Shown: positions 10,401-18,021 of the stretch, one piece after another
How the letters are laid out: every line of letters begins with the position of its first letter
How positions within the stretch are numbered: the stretch's first letter is position 1
IMG/VR virus record: IMGVR_UViG_3300033998_000134
Span: 1-54,554 of that record
Length of the DNA stretch: 54,554 nucleotides
Source: a virus
Lineage: Duplodnaviria; Caudoviricetes
Reading direction: 5' to 3' (one strand)
Program-made: the position numbers and the translations under genes
Notes under the pieces: model-generated
What the model saw: only the letters and a program-made list of their open reading frames with translations
Databases searched by the model: none
What the model was told of the DNA's origin: nothing

Positions 10401-13258
10401 TTGATATTCTGCTCCGGCGTCATCCGTGATTGATCTATTTGACCCTTATTTTCCCCCTCCAGAATGATCGGTAGTGATTGCATGAATGCCTGCTTTTCCG
10501 CCTCCACATCTTGTCCGGATGGTTGTTCCGTCTCCTCTGGTAATGCTATTTGTCCTTTTGTTTCTTCTTTTCCCGTTTCTGTGACATTTTGCTCTATCTG
10601 TTCGGCTGGCATACCCTCATTTTCGGGAGAAATTTCTGACATTCTGTCAACTTCTTCCTGTTTAGCTTGCTCTTCCCGATGTACTCCTATGACATTTACT
10701 GACGGTACTTCTTTCTCGTCGATAACGATAATACCGTTATTTCTCAGGCTCATATCATCCACCGTGCCGGTTACGATATTGCCTTTTTCATCGGTATAGT
10801 CCACTTGTACGCCGTTATCCACGCCCCGAAGATTATCCTCATCGATAATCATTCTCGGCTCAACGATAACAGGGGCGGGGATGCCATCAACCATAACTTG
10901 ATAATTACCAGCATCGTCAACCCCCTGTATCTGACCCATGAGCGAGATATTCCCATCTGAGGTGAATCTTATAATCTCTCCCTTATCATAAGGACGCACT
11001 TCATCGTTTGCCTGCCTGTTCACTACCTCAGCAGTTTTTGCTGCCGTAGCCTCTTCTATTGCCTGTTCAGCCGGAACATTTTCAATGATATCTACAAACT
11101 TCGGATCAATAACTTGCCTCTTTCCGTTGCTGTCAGTGTAATAAATTTCTCCCGATTTATGTGTGTCGATAGATCCGTCTTCATGCAAAACAATATTCCC
11201 TTGAACAAAAGTAGGCTCCTCTACGCCCGGTATCTTTGCGAGGATGATACTGTTTGTCTCCGGATTTATTGTCTGCTGTATTGTTTCTTGTGCTTCCTTT
11301 TGTACTTGTTGTATCTCTTCGCTTTTCCCTCTCTCGAGTCCGTTTTTTGCTAAATAGGCTAATGAATATTTTATTAAAGCGTCTGATTGTTTCTCGTCAA
11401 ATTCGTTCGATGTAGCGATTCCGCTTATTGCTTTGGATATCGTTTCGGTGTCCTGTCTGTTGTTATCTATGATTCCATTTACCAACGATATCACATCTTT
11501 GGCCTCATCTCCAAAAATTGATTGTATGTTTGTAAGATTATTTGTATAGGCCTGATTGATCGATCTCTTTTGCTTTTTGTCGTTGTGTTTCGCTGCGGCA
11601 TACCCTCCTGCATTTATTGCTGCATATGGAAGCTGAATAACACCGACCACCCCCGCCGTGATAAGCTGTTTGCGAGGATCAACAAGGTCTTTCCATTCAG
11701 CTTGTTCGTCTCCAAGCATTGCATGACCTGCAGTAGCAAATTGCTCTTCGAGAAATTCAACTCCAGCTCCCTGAATACCTGTTGCCTTCCGTATCTTCTG
11801 AATAGATGGAGGAAGATTCTTAAATTCCAAGCCCGGAATAAATTGTCCGACACGCTCTGATCCTACCTCGACAAGATTGGATGCAAAGGCGTTCGCATAG
11901 CTGTCGAGGAAACCGCCAGGATTCTCTGCGTTTTTTTCTATGGCAGTGGCCAGTGTGGATGGCATGATTGCTGTCTGCAGCAAGCTCTCAGATACCTCTT
12001 TTCCTGCGATCTTTAGCACTTTTTCAGTGCCTTTCGTTGCGGCCTGTTTGGCAGCCTGTCTTGCTCCTTCTCTTAACAATCCTTTGCCTATTGCACCCGC
12101 AGCACCCTTAGCAATTCCTCCTGCTCCTGCAAATTGCGCCATAAACTCAAGCGATCCCGTTGTCCCTTGTGCTATATCCTGCGCAATGGTTCTGTCATTC
12201 TGATGCAATGAGGCGTATTGCGATAAAATATCTTCTGATCTGCTTGCGATAGGGCCGCCTGTTTTTGGCGAAAGTCCTTCAATAACATCACCAATACCTA
12301 ATGTGCCGATATTGTACAATGATTCCGGAAGCCGTCTTCCGAATTCACGAAGAAATTGAGATACTGCATTTCTGTCCTTGTCTTTTACGGCCGCCTGCAA
12401 CATCTTTAATTCGTTCAGGTTTTTCATGGCAAGGTCAAGATCATCCTGCGTGGCTATCTTGTCGGCCTCTTCAACATCTTTCGCCTTAGCTGCGTCTATT
12501 TTTGCCCTCTCCTCACGCGGCAACCATGACGGATTAACGCCGTATCTTGTTCCCGGAACTCCACGCCCTATCAGCTTTTGTCTCGCTGATGATTTTTCCT
12601 TTATTTCCTTTTCCAGATTTGCTATCTCGGCATCGAGTTGTTTGTCGAGCTGCGCAAACGATTCTTTCCTTTTTTTGTCGTATTCCACAAAGCCGCGCCC
12701 GGATGGTGTGTTTGCAAGAAAGTCTTTCAGGCTCTCAAGCTCATCCGGCTTTTCCTGTTGCGGTTTTGCCGGCATACCTGCATATCCTACGGGGACGATT
12801 GGGGTCATTCCTTTTGGCCGGCTCTTTGCCTTTATCTGATCGTATTTTTTTTGCGCCAAATCGGTAAGCGGTACGTTTTCGGTATCCTCCCACCTGTCAC
12901 GGAACAACTCCGGATTATCCTTATATGCCCCGTATTTTGCCGAAAAACTGATCTCGGGATCATATCGATGCACATTTAGTACATCTTTGGCAACTTCGGG
13001 AATCGACGCATTTTCCGGGAGCGATACTGATCCGTGCAGGCCTGTTAAGTCCGGCTGACGCAGTTTGATTTCAGGTATTTTCGTCTTTCCTTCCTTTTCA
13101 CTACGCAGGGCTCTTTCTTCCTCTATTTGCCGTAGTGCTCGTTCATCCGCCTGTGTGGCATTCGGGAAGTATTGCTTAAAAATCTCAAGTTTGTCGTACG
13201 GAACTTGTCTTATTCGTCCGTTACCGTCATCGAAATATAATGTATCTGGCTGTGGCAT
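1424..13258 (-). CDS. Giant polyvalent internal virion/ejection protein (3944 aa): ART-like domain, tandem JAB/RadC-like domains, EEIQSD-motif domain, HExxH zincin, C-terminal LPD38-like domain
   Basis: Uninterrupted 11.8-kb ORF with motifs ITVYSS..GVFVTPS..AEDYAG..WIDETEG, MVHNHPSGKLEPSVQD, FLEEIQSDW, VWAHENFHAW and IPLPQELRIF. It lies after two small ejection-type genes. Confidence 0.8.
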   Translation of the reverse strand: MPQPDTLYFDDGNGRIRQVPYDKLEIFKQYFPNATQADERALRQIEEERALRSEKEGKTKIPEIKLRQPDLTGLHGSVSLPENASIPEVAKDVLNVHRYDPEISFSAKYGAYKDNPELFRDRWEDTENVPLTDLAQKKYDQIKAKSRPKGMTPIVPVGYAGMPAKPQQEKPDELESLKDFLANTPSGRGFVEYDKKRKESFAQLDKQLDAEIANLEKEIKEKSSARQKLIGRGVPGTRYGVNPSWLPREERAKIDAAKAKDVEEADKIATQDDLDLAMKNLNELKMLQAAVKDKDRNAVSQFLREFGRRLPESLYNIGTLGIGDVIEGLSPKTGGPIASRSEDILSQYASLHQNDRTIAQDIAQGTTGSLEFMAQFAGAGGIAKGAAGAIGKGLLREGARQAAKQAATKGTEKVLKIAGKEVSESLLQTAIMPSTLATAIEKNAENPGGFLDSYANAFASNLVEVGSERVGQFIPGLEFKNLPPSIQKIRKATGIQGAGVEFLEEQFATAGHAMLGDEQAEWKDLVDPRKQLITAGVVGVIQLPYAAINAGGYAAAKHNDKKQKRSINQAYTNNLTNIQSIFGDEAKDVISLVNGIIDNNRQDTETISKAISGIATSNEFDEKQSDALIKYSLAYLAKNGLERGKSEEIQQVQKEAQETIQQTINPETNSIILAKIPGVEEPTFVQGNIVLHEDGSIDTHKSGEIYYTDSNGKRQVIDPKFVDIIENVPAEQAIEEATAAKTAEVVNRQANDEVRPYDKGEIIRFTSDGNISLMGQIQGVDDAGNYQVMVDGIPAPVIVEPRMIIDEDNLRGVDNGVQVDYTDEKGNIVTGTVDDMSLRNNGIIVIDEKEVPSVNVIGVHREEQAKQEEVDRMSEISPENEGMPAEQIEQNVTETGKEETKGQIALPEETEQPSGQDVEAEKQAFMQSLPIILEGENKGQIDQSRMTPEQNIKYFEYQYGTDKALRAATKMVDNLKERIKKEQAKLDADPFNIAQNDLVENLLAQQKIYQDYTSNAAPVREDVQVAKSAPDENTNIEPVKESVTTKAPADVPEQATKPKEKRQAKVIQQGEQQEQAAIDENMTDADRFLNDIEKQKEAIRQEVEKMTPKQREEWWGEPQSLREYIMRELINGQRILWSDTPTSKGFGSHLGMKGKEKERRKYIGLLGSAKTNALTPEAFAHKVWEDVVSKGGENEIGVRFHNVDTMGVLDEVLDVLYTHYSKGQMISDINESRLEQIFNELDMQAGVAMSGAWDIDPNERSQNEILLELRSEAKDDEISTYEIEEYYVNQVTQDEFYEYFYKFVANNNDYDETGEVGNNQQDAGEGSVPADGEGRDTGSSVDNEGAEGTDRADEREAETPKESASPIGYGQNDQGGRGQNAEGVAGIMQEGTAKSLKQRIKETDAELKKKQFAIIQASNPMKDDIHTGIRSADEILTAEEAFSPLIESGDEASPDFTAADMAEALKSGQITVYSSYPIANGVFVTPSRMMAEDYAGGKNVYSARVPINSVAWIDETEGQMANIDETVNTESYTKQTTSSEKSQHGLLNEENKLTVNQKQKEQEEPLKVNQKENIKKQSVEQKENKDEPIDILKKAQETVGGEQQRRNIPVITEEEYLSMNGAPFMSGSEPALHMNIQDDANKKKNIGRVMGDMKENNERREKLRKEYAEKVAKGEIRPPSRTELLIATAQGHPDNESTQAARRLLERQGINWERPSDNNLVVNEKGATLAKNKPNEKRKQKAINLQINWDEENGDVSAKRDEAFGADPETRDVQRKAGYDPAIDNRITNMERLLINRGHLDFVGNPLTGPVKITDANDVAFLFKNLERAQSENVFVVLAKDNGEYRVLYLTTGSSTSSIVDTKLIAPAAKDFRATKMWMVHNHPSGKLEPSVQDISVHRNLEQLGEVLGISVMPSIIINLDSGKYAKFSEWSRTTIDTPRGPAQGEPVRVDVYSFDRQMLYTPFSEKQKIKSSVDVARLLSQQKRGTVDKIHALIIDRANNINRYVLIDGNVSTDELNKILLEEVGRHGENVILSTNGIQLDFKRIKKALNIVGADLLDVITIKQDDDIINNYESLYELGLLADEQAGYEPRQSENVPGATYNGLMFHVVDEAGYYSTVEDALEKIKQEKGTPEQFKAMLLKNGAKQAELDWMGWDETFTGKSVTKAEIQDWINQNKIEISEVRKEKNEPLTEGEIIQREQDIYINADIATREKFGIDEPIERWDEYYKGDADEDILNEIAAKNGYSDYKKMFDAMDLYYEDLVYEELSELDRSREDSTKYSYYVLPGGEKYNELLLTMPHKISEKRRRYEELRAKEKMTESERREFSDLVNDDVDISDEKFRSLHFDEPNIVAHIRFDERTANGERILFLEEIQSDWAQQGKRHGFKTGKDKDVLRAEKALEESNKNLEKAINRRHELGLPVGAGSTEQKMFGSEIWLLGNNKEYIQLNRELEKVRNNKDYNSIQQRMEEIKKEYDKANSDYQKALDDVELDSKVLEKMKELSIISERYKVPDMPFKKTDQWITLAFRRMMRYAAENGYDRIAWTTGEQQADRYNLSKQVDRIVIDEENGQYSIMAVPKGGQELENIATATKENLSDYVGKEIALKAINEGGGDFRGDDLKVGGEGMRAFYDQIVPSVVKKISKPFGVDIETIELPETGAQQSIPVTDDMRGYAENGMPLFSIAQMSEDIDTLLNAAKTPQEKTKIVSDMVDELESRYRKSVDTVVLPTKKDVFESLRMMGADSELLSMAEKTKAKLNGVFFNGVIYLNSSSLDKAKNVAEVWAHENFHAWISDKKELLVPLINNLDDNFLNANLHAYYHKLDKEEKVNELLAFAVGRIFTGRDIARIKEADVILPVIIKYLDYVTEGEFSQSGARVRSGRKSDADALRDNQRGIPKGERINRPGEVSYQPQQEDGTVLPGYGGVSGVGGIAESAYAPMPRQKEGQSLEDYSREVSDWYFKQRELPNQPLFSVSDVADRTGSKMPEDLRKEYDVKYDRFFTRFREAWEDTFLPVKDFLDLLRKNGVEIAEYNDFYKQATHLQGKNDSQLKIFKDSYQHPITLAVSALVNKGFKYRDIENYVFAKHGIERNEYMRNAAIEEWENNHPEAEEDERAAFIKSLPNDYAGITALEEELGQPAEMFIDSFENKAGEEDINRLWAAINNATHWTLTKQYQTGMINKEVYDDLMNRYRYYVPLRGHDKETAEDRWDYTPDMGTFFTAPLVRAKGRRSRAESPFAFIEQMAHSAIVQGNKNTLKQSILRLAQKENGGLMSATKTWKVNIGTKEKPIWEQQSAPYSEDLDTYLQNQQLFEERMQQLKKEGMAYQGRARLDIGDLFIKPKQAEQHEIRVYQNGISYTVYINANPAIAKAINGANRVDKAKNMSWILNATRNMAANFTTRNPLFVMTNFSRDYIYSTTMLLAKETPEFMLEFQRNLPSAANALRRYERGNVDLNKKSDQYLYEYMINGGKTGFSHIFELDRVAKSLEREAQKGGKKNFADHARAIIDVIDMFNEVAENTTRLSVYITSREHGKSIIDSINDAKNITVNFNQKGAGSSVGKNNFEKFIFSLAGYVRPYYLFSNAAIQALSNIVKVTNKHPVKMAAILSSYALIGFISPLLAAMIGGDDGEDSYMKLSDWERQNNWCVLLPNGSFLKIPLPQELRIFSRMGDNIYQAYTGRKDILQVLMDTMFSVSDLLPMNPLGAAEISFAEIAPDFIRPLAQIKWNTNFMGSRIYNEWANKNMPGYLKARTNKKGEYYAPNFMVDWFMILDHLTGGDGVKKGVISLNPDITNHLLRGYFGGLYTIAEQGVGIASEVYNFTKTGELDIKVRETPLRAFYADKNDLQLQSSGISSRYYDIYDKVIESRRRAKAYTEKVQQGEMGIDEYSRVMSELNMPKINAIYDRIKEIKRIEREMKEMNPQQQKQAEEMIFDLRKEVVELNGNQ

Positions 13259-13267
13259 AACTGATTA

Positions 13268-14629
13268 TTAATAGATGATTTGAAACATTTCGTCCAACTC
13301 TTCCTCATCGAGCTTTGGGCCGGTAGTGATCGGTTTTTCGGTGTTCTGCTTTGTCGAATTAACGGCAGGCACCTGTTTAGCATCCGGTGTCTGTCCGTAT
13401 AGCAACCCACCTGCTCTAACTGCCGGATTTATTGTTGGCTGCACGAATTGCTGGTTATACTTTTCCTGCAGATAGGCAGCCGCGATGTTTCTTTTCTCGT
13501 CGGCCGTGTACGATTGTCCTGAGGTTTTAAAAAATTCTGAATGGTTTCGCAAAAAATCTTCATCGCTGAGGGCCTGACGGGCATATAGATCTATTTCTCC
13601 AGAACTCACACCGAATCGTTTTATCCGATTTCCGAACTGATCGGTTTCTGCGGTCGGATCGTTTTCTGCTGCAGGGATCACAAGCTGATAATCCACTTTT
13701 TCACCGGCTGAATTTCTTTTGGATGATTTTAAATTCTCTATATATGCCTGTGTCCTGGCTGCTGATTGAGACGCTGTTTGCGCTGCTATATCTGTGCGTC
13801 GTTTACGGTCCCTTGCCTGCTCTTCCAAATTCTTTATATAGGCGTCCGTTCTCTTGCGTGTATCTTCGAGTCCTGCTTGCTTATAGGCGGCATCCTGCGC
13901 CTGTTTTGCAACCCCTATCCGATAATCGCGATAATCGCTCAAGGCTTTTGCTATATTTGCTTGCGTCTGCTTCCAATCCTGCATCCCTGCGAGATAGTCT
14001 TTCATCTGCGCATTGATGATGTTACTGCTATATCGATCCGCGTCTTTTATGTATCTGTCATACACTTCCTGCTGTTTTTTGCTAAGCTGCCCATAAGCTG
14101 ACTGGTCGAATGATCGTGGTTGGTTTATGGCGCCCTGCGATCCTGCTACAGCCTGCGATACAAGCCCCAGTACGTCACCTATTCCTGCAATGGCTCGCTG
14201 CCGTTTCATCGTCTTTTCATCAGGTGCTTTCGGCTGCGGGATATTATTCTTGATTAGCTGCGTGTAAATACCCTGTACAAGGTCATCCGGATTGGGTTGA
14301 GCAAGCGATTGCCGAATCTGATCGTCGGAATAGATTTGACGAATAGCTCTGTACTCGTCATCGCTCCATCCTGCCGGCTTGCGGCTGTAATCGATATTAT
14401 CTGATTGTTGCGCCGTCGCTTGCTGCTGTTGTGATTGTTGTATTTGCTGTTGCCTCTGCTGATTGAGGGAATTGATCTGGTTCGCCGTACGGCGTTCGAT
14501 AGCTCCCTGCGGAACTATTCCGCCACCATCTTGCGAAACGGCTTCTTCGGGCGTAGGAATGGGGGCTGTCTGCGCCTGTTTCTTTTTACGCTCAGCTTCT
14601 TGTAAAATGTAGTTAACCGATATTGACAT
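13268..14629 (-). CDS. Putative internal virion/ejection protein
   Basis: 453 aa, Q/A-rich and helical, with a glycine-rich hydrophobic patch (AIAGIGDVLGLVSQAVAG); directly upstream of the giant protein. Confidence 0.55.
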   Translation of the reverse strand: MSISVNYILQEAERKKKQAQTAPIPTPEEAVSQDGGGIVPQGAIERRTANQINSLNQQRQQQIQQSQQQQATAQQSDNIDYSRKPAGWSDDEYRAIRQIYSDDQIRQSLAQPNPDDLVQGIYTQLIKNNIPQPKAPDEKTMKRQRAIAGIGDVLGLVSQAVAGSQGAINQPRSFDQSAYGQLSKKQQEVYDRYIKDADRYSSNIINAQMKDYLAGMQDWKQTQANIAKALSDYRDYRIGVAKQAQDAAYKQAGLEDTRKRTDAYIKNLEEQARDRKRRTDIAAQTASQSAARTQAYIENLKSSKRNSAGEKVDYQLVIPAAENDPTAETDQFGNRIKRFGVSSGEIDLYARQALSDEDFLRNHSEFFKTSGQSYTADEKRNIAAAYLQEKYNQQFVQPTINPAVRAGGLLYGQTPDAKQVPAVNSTKQNTEKPITTGPKLDEEELDEMFQIIY

Positions 14630-14634
14630 GGCTG

Positions 14635-15270
14635 TTACTTCTTGGCGTTCCAGGGCGCGTTATACTTGTCGGATATGATTCCGCTTACATTTTTGATCGG
14701 AGATGTGTTTACCGCAGTGCCTACACCGGCTATGTTTCCGGGTGCAGCTCCCGGAATATTTGCACTTGCTGTCGGTATAAGACTGCTCAATGCACCTGCT
14801 GATGTATTCAGTCCTGTTTGCATCAATCCTTCCCAACCCCTTGCAGATTGATCCAACAAGTTCATTCTCTGCGTCGATAGTTGATTTTTGCGGTTGAGGT
14901 AACGATCGGTCACTCGATCTTTAAATTGTGCTCCTACGGCCCCTAAATTGGCCATCGTGTCGGCGAGTGCACGATTAGCTGAATCTTTCATGGCTGCGGT
15001 TTGCTCAATCGTCCCGCCGGTTATGGCTTGCGTATTTGCTGCCCGCTTTGTCTGACGGTCCAACTGATTACGCATTTGGCGAAGAATATTCTGTGCGTCG
15101 GCTCTTTGCGTGTAATCACCGAGCGCTTGGGCGTTATAAATTGCCTTATTCTCGGCCTCAAGCTCATCGAGCTCATTTCTCATCTTTTTGCGCTCTTTGC
15201 CTGCCTTATATCCGCCAAACAAGCTGCTTGCAAGTCCTGCAGCTCCTAACCCTATTGTAATTGGATCCAT
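14635..15270 (-). CDS. Putative ejection/pilot protein
   Basis: 211 aa; N-terminal Gly/Ala hydrophobic segment (ITIGLGAAGLASSLFGG) followed by coiled coil, as in podophage ejection proteins. Confidence 0.55.
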   Translation of the reverse strand: MDPITIGLGAAGLASSLFGGYKAGKERKKMRNELDELEAENKAIYNAQALGDYTQRADAQNILRQMRNQLDRQTKRAANTQAITGGTIEQTAAMKDSANRALADTMANLGAVGAQFKDRVTDRYLNRKNQLSTQRMNLLDQSARGWEGLMQTGLNTSAGALSSLIPTASANIPGAAPGNIAGVGTAVNTSPIKNVSGIISDKYNAPWNAKK

Positions 15271-15293
15271 ATCGTAATGTTTTTAGTGAGGAA

Positions 15294-15337
15294 CAAATTA
15301 AGACATTCGATTTTAATATTATGTTTGTTAGAATTAA
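15294..15337 (-). promoter_or_regulatory. Putative late promoter (TTAATTCTAACAAACA-N24-TTTG) for the ejection-protein operon
   Basis: Motif at 15322-15337 with TTTG at 15297-15294, the same 28-nt offset as the other copies. Confidence 0.6.
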
Positions 15338-15411
15338 ATTGTTGATTGTAAGTTTGTAAATCAATCAATATTGATTAATCTCTGTATATCAATCAATTAT
15401 GTATTAAGACT

Positions 15412-15765
15412 ATGGATACTAAAAAGAAAATAGAGAAAGTGGGAGATGAAGCGCCTGTAAAAAAGCGTCGTGGTGCTCCGGCCGGGAACTGTAACAATCC
15501 GAAAGGAAGGCCTAAAGGAGCAAAGAATAAAGTCTCCTATGATGTTCGTAAAATGATCTGGGAAAAGGTATCAGATCCGACGTATATAAAGGGTATGTTT
15601 GATGATATCGAAAGCGTGGAAGATAACGACAAGCGTGCAAAATTGAAAATAGAGCTTGTGAAATTATTTGTTCCTCGACCTATGAATGAAGACGAGCAGA
15701 AGGACAAGGATATTAAGTCGGCTATATGGGAGAAGCTGTCCGGTGAGCGTAAAGAAGAAGAATAA
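15412..15765 (+). CDS. Putative terminase small subunit-like protein (DUF5681-like)
   Basis: Motif GNCNNPKGRPKGAKNK; TAAGTTTG (TAnnTTTG) promoter element at 15349-15356. Confidence 0.55.
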   Translation: MDTKKKIEKVGDEAPVKKRRGAPAGNCNNPKGRPKGAKNKVSYDVRKMIWEKVSDPTYIKGMFDDIESVEDNDKRAKLKIELVKLFVPRPMNEDEQKDKDIKSAIWEKLSGERKEEE

Positions 15766-15793
15766 TATATTCATTTAATAATTAAACATTTAT

Positions 15794-15824
15794 AAGCGGT
15801 TGAGCATAAAGTTCAGCCGCTTTT
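15794..15824 (+). terminator. Intrinsic terminator
   Basis: AAGCGGTTGAGC-ATAAA-GTTCAGCCGCTT hairpin followed by T residues, after the terS-like gene. Confidence 0.6.
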
Positions 15825-15945
15825 CTGTTTATAACAATCATATATTTATTGATTGTTTCTATATGATTGAAAATAGTTTTCAAAATGCTTGCATATATCG
15901 GAAAAAGCTGCCACCTTTGTGTTATAACATTAAAACAAGGCAAAT

Positions 15946-16206
15946 ATGACAAAGTATGACGCCATAACAAGAAAGTATAGAGAGGTTGAAATATCCGGCT
16001 CACACTACACGGAAAACGTACAACTACTATACTGGGTTGAAACGAAAGGAAAATCGGGAAGGATACTCGCGACAATATACTACATCTCAGATGGAAAAGA
16101 GTTGCCTGTGTACGGGATGGGAGGCGCAACGGGTCACGGATGGGGTGGTAGAATTATTGGATATGTCACAAAGGATGAAGCAAAAGCTAACAACATAAAA
16201 ATATAA
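15946..16206 (+). CDS. Hypothetical protein (plus-strand accessory island)
   Basis: 86-aa ORF with AT-rich leader; first of four co-oriented ORFs. Confidence 0.6.
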   Translation: MTKYDAITRKYREVEISGSHYTENVQLLYWVETKGKSGRILATIYYISDGKELPVYGMGGATGHGWGGRIIGYVTKDEAKANNIKI

Positions 16207-16254
16207 ACTGAAAATAATTAGACCGGGGACAGGGGAAGCTGAACAAATAAAATT

Positions 16255-16638
16255 ATGACACATAACATTGAGATTAAAGTTGAGTGCAAAGGTAGTGCTG
16301 TTGGCACACTTGGCTGGTTTAATTCAATTCTCGAAAAGAGTGAATTTGTTATTAAGAATAACCAAACCGGCATACCTGCGCTGTTTCTGAGGATTAAGAA
16401 CGAAACAGGCGCAAGAGATCATTTCATTTGCAAAAACGAAGAGGGATATCATGAAAACTATCTTACTTCGCACGACGGGAAATACATTCATGTTGCTGCA
16501 ATTGAAAACGACTTTGTGTATGGGTTGTTTAATTTTTCATTAACACCCGCTTGTAGAAAGGCAGTGGAGGGGTTGATCGAAAAAGCAGTAGCTACCTTCG
16601 ATGAATGGTGGAAAAACGACGGCGTTATTACTGAATAG
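16255..16638 (+). CDS. Hypothetical protein
   Basis: 127-aa ORF with A-rich leader, followed by a strong hairpin at 16645-16682. Confidence 0.65.
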   Translation: MTHNIEIKVECKGSAVGTLGWFNSILEKSEFVIKNNQTGIPALFLRIKNETGARDHFICKNEEGYHENYLTSHDGKYIHVAAIENDFVYGLFNFSLTPACRKAVEGLIEKAVATFDEWWKNDGVITE

Positions 16639-16644
16639 AATTTT

Positions 16645-16682
16645 ATCGGATAGGGAGGGTTTTGTCTCTCCTATCCGATTTT
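16645..16682 (+). terminator. Intrinsic terminator-like hairpin
   Basis: ATCGGATAGG...CCTATCCGAT followed by TTT. Confidence 0.55.
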
Positions 16683-16719
16683 CAGTTTACAGAAAGAATA
16701 ATAATTTAAAAATAAAGCG

Positions 16720-16914
16720 ATGGAAAAAGAAGAAGAATTATCTATTTCGATAAACAGAAAGATAGCAAAGCTTGCGCTATCTTTTATGGGCGATAATAAA
16801 AAATTTAATGATGTTGTATTTAGTAGGAATCTTTCCGAGAACGCAGCACTGTACGGATTTACTGAAGATGAAACAGAATACATAAAAAGAATAGAGGCCG
16901 ATATTAATCTATAA
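16720..16914 (+). CDS. Hypothetical protein
   Basis: 64-aa ORF, closely spaced with the next gene. Confidence 0.55.
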   Translation: MEKEEELSISINRKIAKLALSFMGDNKKFNDVVFSRNLSENAALYGFTEDETEYIKRIEADINL

Positions 16915-16921
16915 AAATGAT

Positions 16922-17407
16922 ATGAAACCAAAGAACGACAAAGCAATTAACACCCGCATCCCAACGGCAACGTGGGAGTGGTTGACTTCTTTCGGCACTG
17001 CCGGAGGAACGGTGAGTGTAATAATAAGAGAGGCCGAGATGGCAGCAAAAACGGGGATCAAACCCTGGAGGATCGCTCAATCTATTGCCGAGCTGCAGAT
17101 GATCAGAAAGAGATCGATGAGCGAGCTGAAGGGAGTATTCACTCCCAATGAGTGGTCATACATGGCTGACGCATTGAACGGGACAATAATAACACCGGAA
17201 TTCAGGTGCATACCCGGCGCTTTGATTGCGAGTGTTGAAGATTCAGATCGGTACGACGGGATTGGAGAGAAATGGAATGTTGACGTAAAAAAATTGATAT
17301 ACAAAATCGAGGACCTCACGGCAGCCCAAGTAGATGCCGTTTTTACGCGAATAGAAGAGTTCTGGGATAACGAGGAGAAGGACCTCGATAAATGGGCTGA
17401 TTGGTAG
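16922..17407 (+). CDS. Hypothetical protein, possibly with a ribbon-helix-helix-like N-terminus
   Basis: 161 aa; N-terminal KAINTRIPTATWEWL pattern; ends before a terminator. Confidence 0.6.
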   Translation: MKPKNDKAINTRIPTATWEWLTSFGTAGGTVSVIIREAEMAAKTGIKPWRIAQSIAELQMIRKRSMSELKGVFTPNEWSYMADALNGTIITPEFRCIPGALIASVEDSDRYDGIGEKWNVDVKKLIYKIEDLTAAQVDAVFTRIEEFWDNEEKDLDKWADW

Positions 17408-17428
17408 CCTGCAAAAACAAACTTTAGA

Positions 17429-17454
17429 AGGCCCGGCGACACCGGGCTTTTTTT
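17429..17454 (+). terminator. Intrinsic terminator at the convergence of the island and the replication arm
   Basis: GCCCGG-CGACA-CCGGGC followed by TTTTTTT. Confidence 0.8.
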
Positions 17455-17650
17455 AGTCTTCAATAAATCCGATAACTTCTAAATTTTCAACACTGCATAA
17501 CGTAGGCCTAATCTCGTAAACATTCTTTTCGCCTGTTTCGAAATAAATAAGCACCCTGCCATTTATAGGCTTGTTTTTGTCGTAAGTGCGGCCTATTCTT
17601 CCGCTTCGTCGGTGCATTACTATTTTCCCGCTGTTGTGAAATTTGTCCAT
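17453..17650 (-). CDS. Hypothetical protein
   Basis: 65-aa ORF at the end of the minus-strand operon. Confidence 0.6.
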   Translation of the reverse strand: MDKFHNSGKIVMHRRSGRIGRTYDKNKPINGRVLIYFETGEKNVYEIRPTLCSVENLEVIGFIED

Positions 17651-17684
17651 AATTTTTATTTTAAGCTATTATTTTTCTTCTTAG

Positions 17685-18008
17685 TTATTCCTTATCCACT
17701 CGAACGGCGATCTCGATCGCAGGTGCGTCTGTTTCATCCGTGATCGCATCTATTCTGCTTGTCATTTCATCCCAAATTTGTTTTGCTCTCGAATCATTCA
17801 CATCCAACAAACCTTCAAAGTGCCTCACGCCGGATATCACGGTTGAATGACTACGCCCCGCATTCCGGCCTATTTCGGTCCATCCCATTTTTAAATTTCT
17901 ACGCATAAACAGGTAAACCGCTTCGCGCTTATCTACTGCCTCTCGTTTTCTCGATCGGTTAAATACGTTTTCGCAAAACACGAGCTCAAATAATTTTGGT
18001 AAGTCCAT
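17685..18008 (-). CDS. DnaA C-terminal-like HTH DNA-binding protein
   Basis: RSRKREAVDKREAVYLFMR..GWTEIGRNAGRSHSTVISGV matches the DnaA domain IV pattern. Confidence 0.75.
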   Translation of the reverse strand: MDLPKLFELVFCENVFNRSRKREAVDKREAVYLFMRRNLKMGWTEIGRNAGRSHSTVISGVRHFEGLLDVNDSRAKQIWDEMTSRIDAITDETDAPAIEIAVRVDKE

Positions 18009-18021
18009 CGCTTCAATTATT

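Noticed and set aside
135-13271. Many short plus-strand ORFs in the ORF track
   Set aside because: They are antisense shadows of the portal and giant genes, with no recognisable motifs.
14400-14470. Imperfect TGC/TGT triplet repeats
   Set aside because: They encode a Gln-rich linker; not an array.
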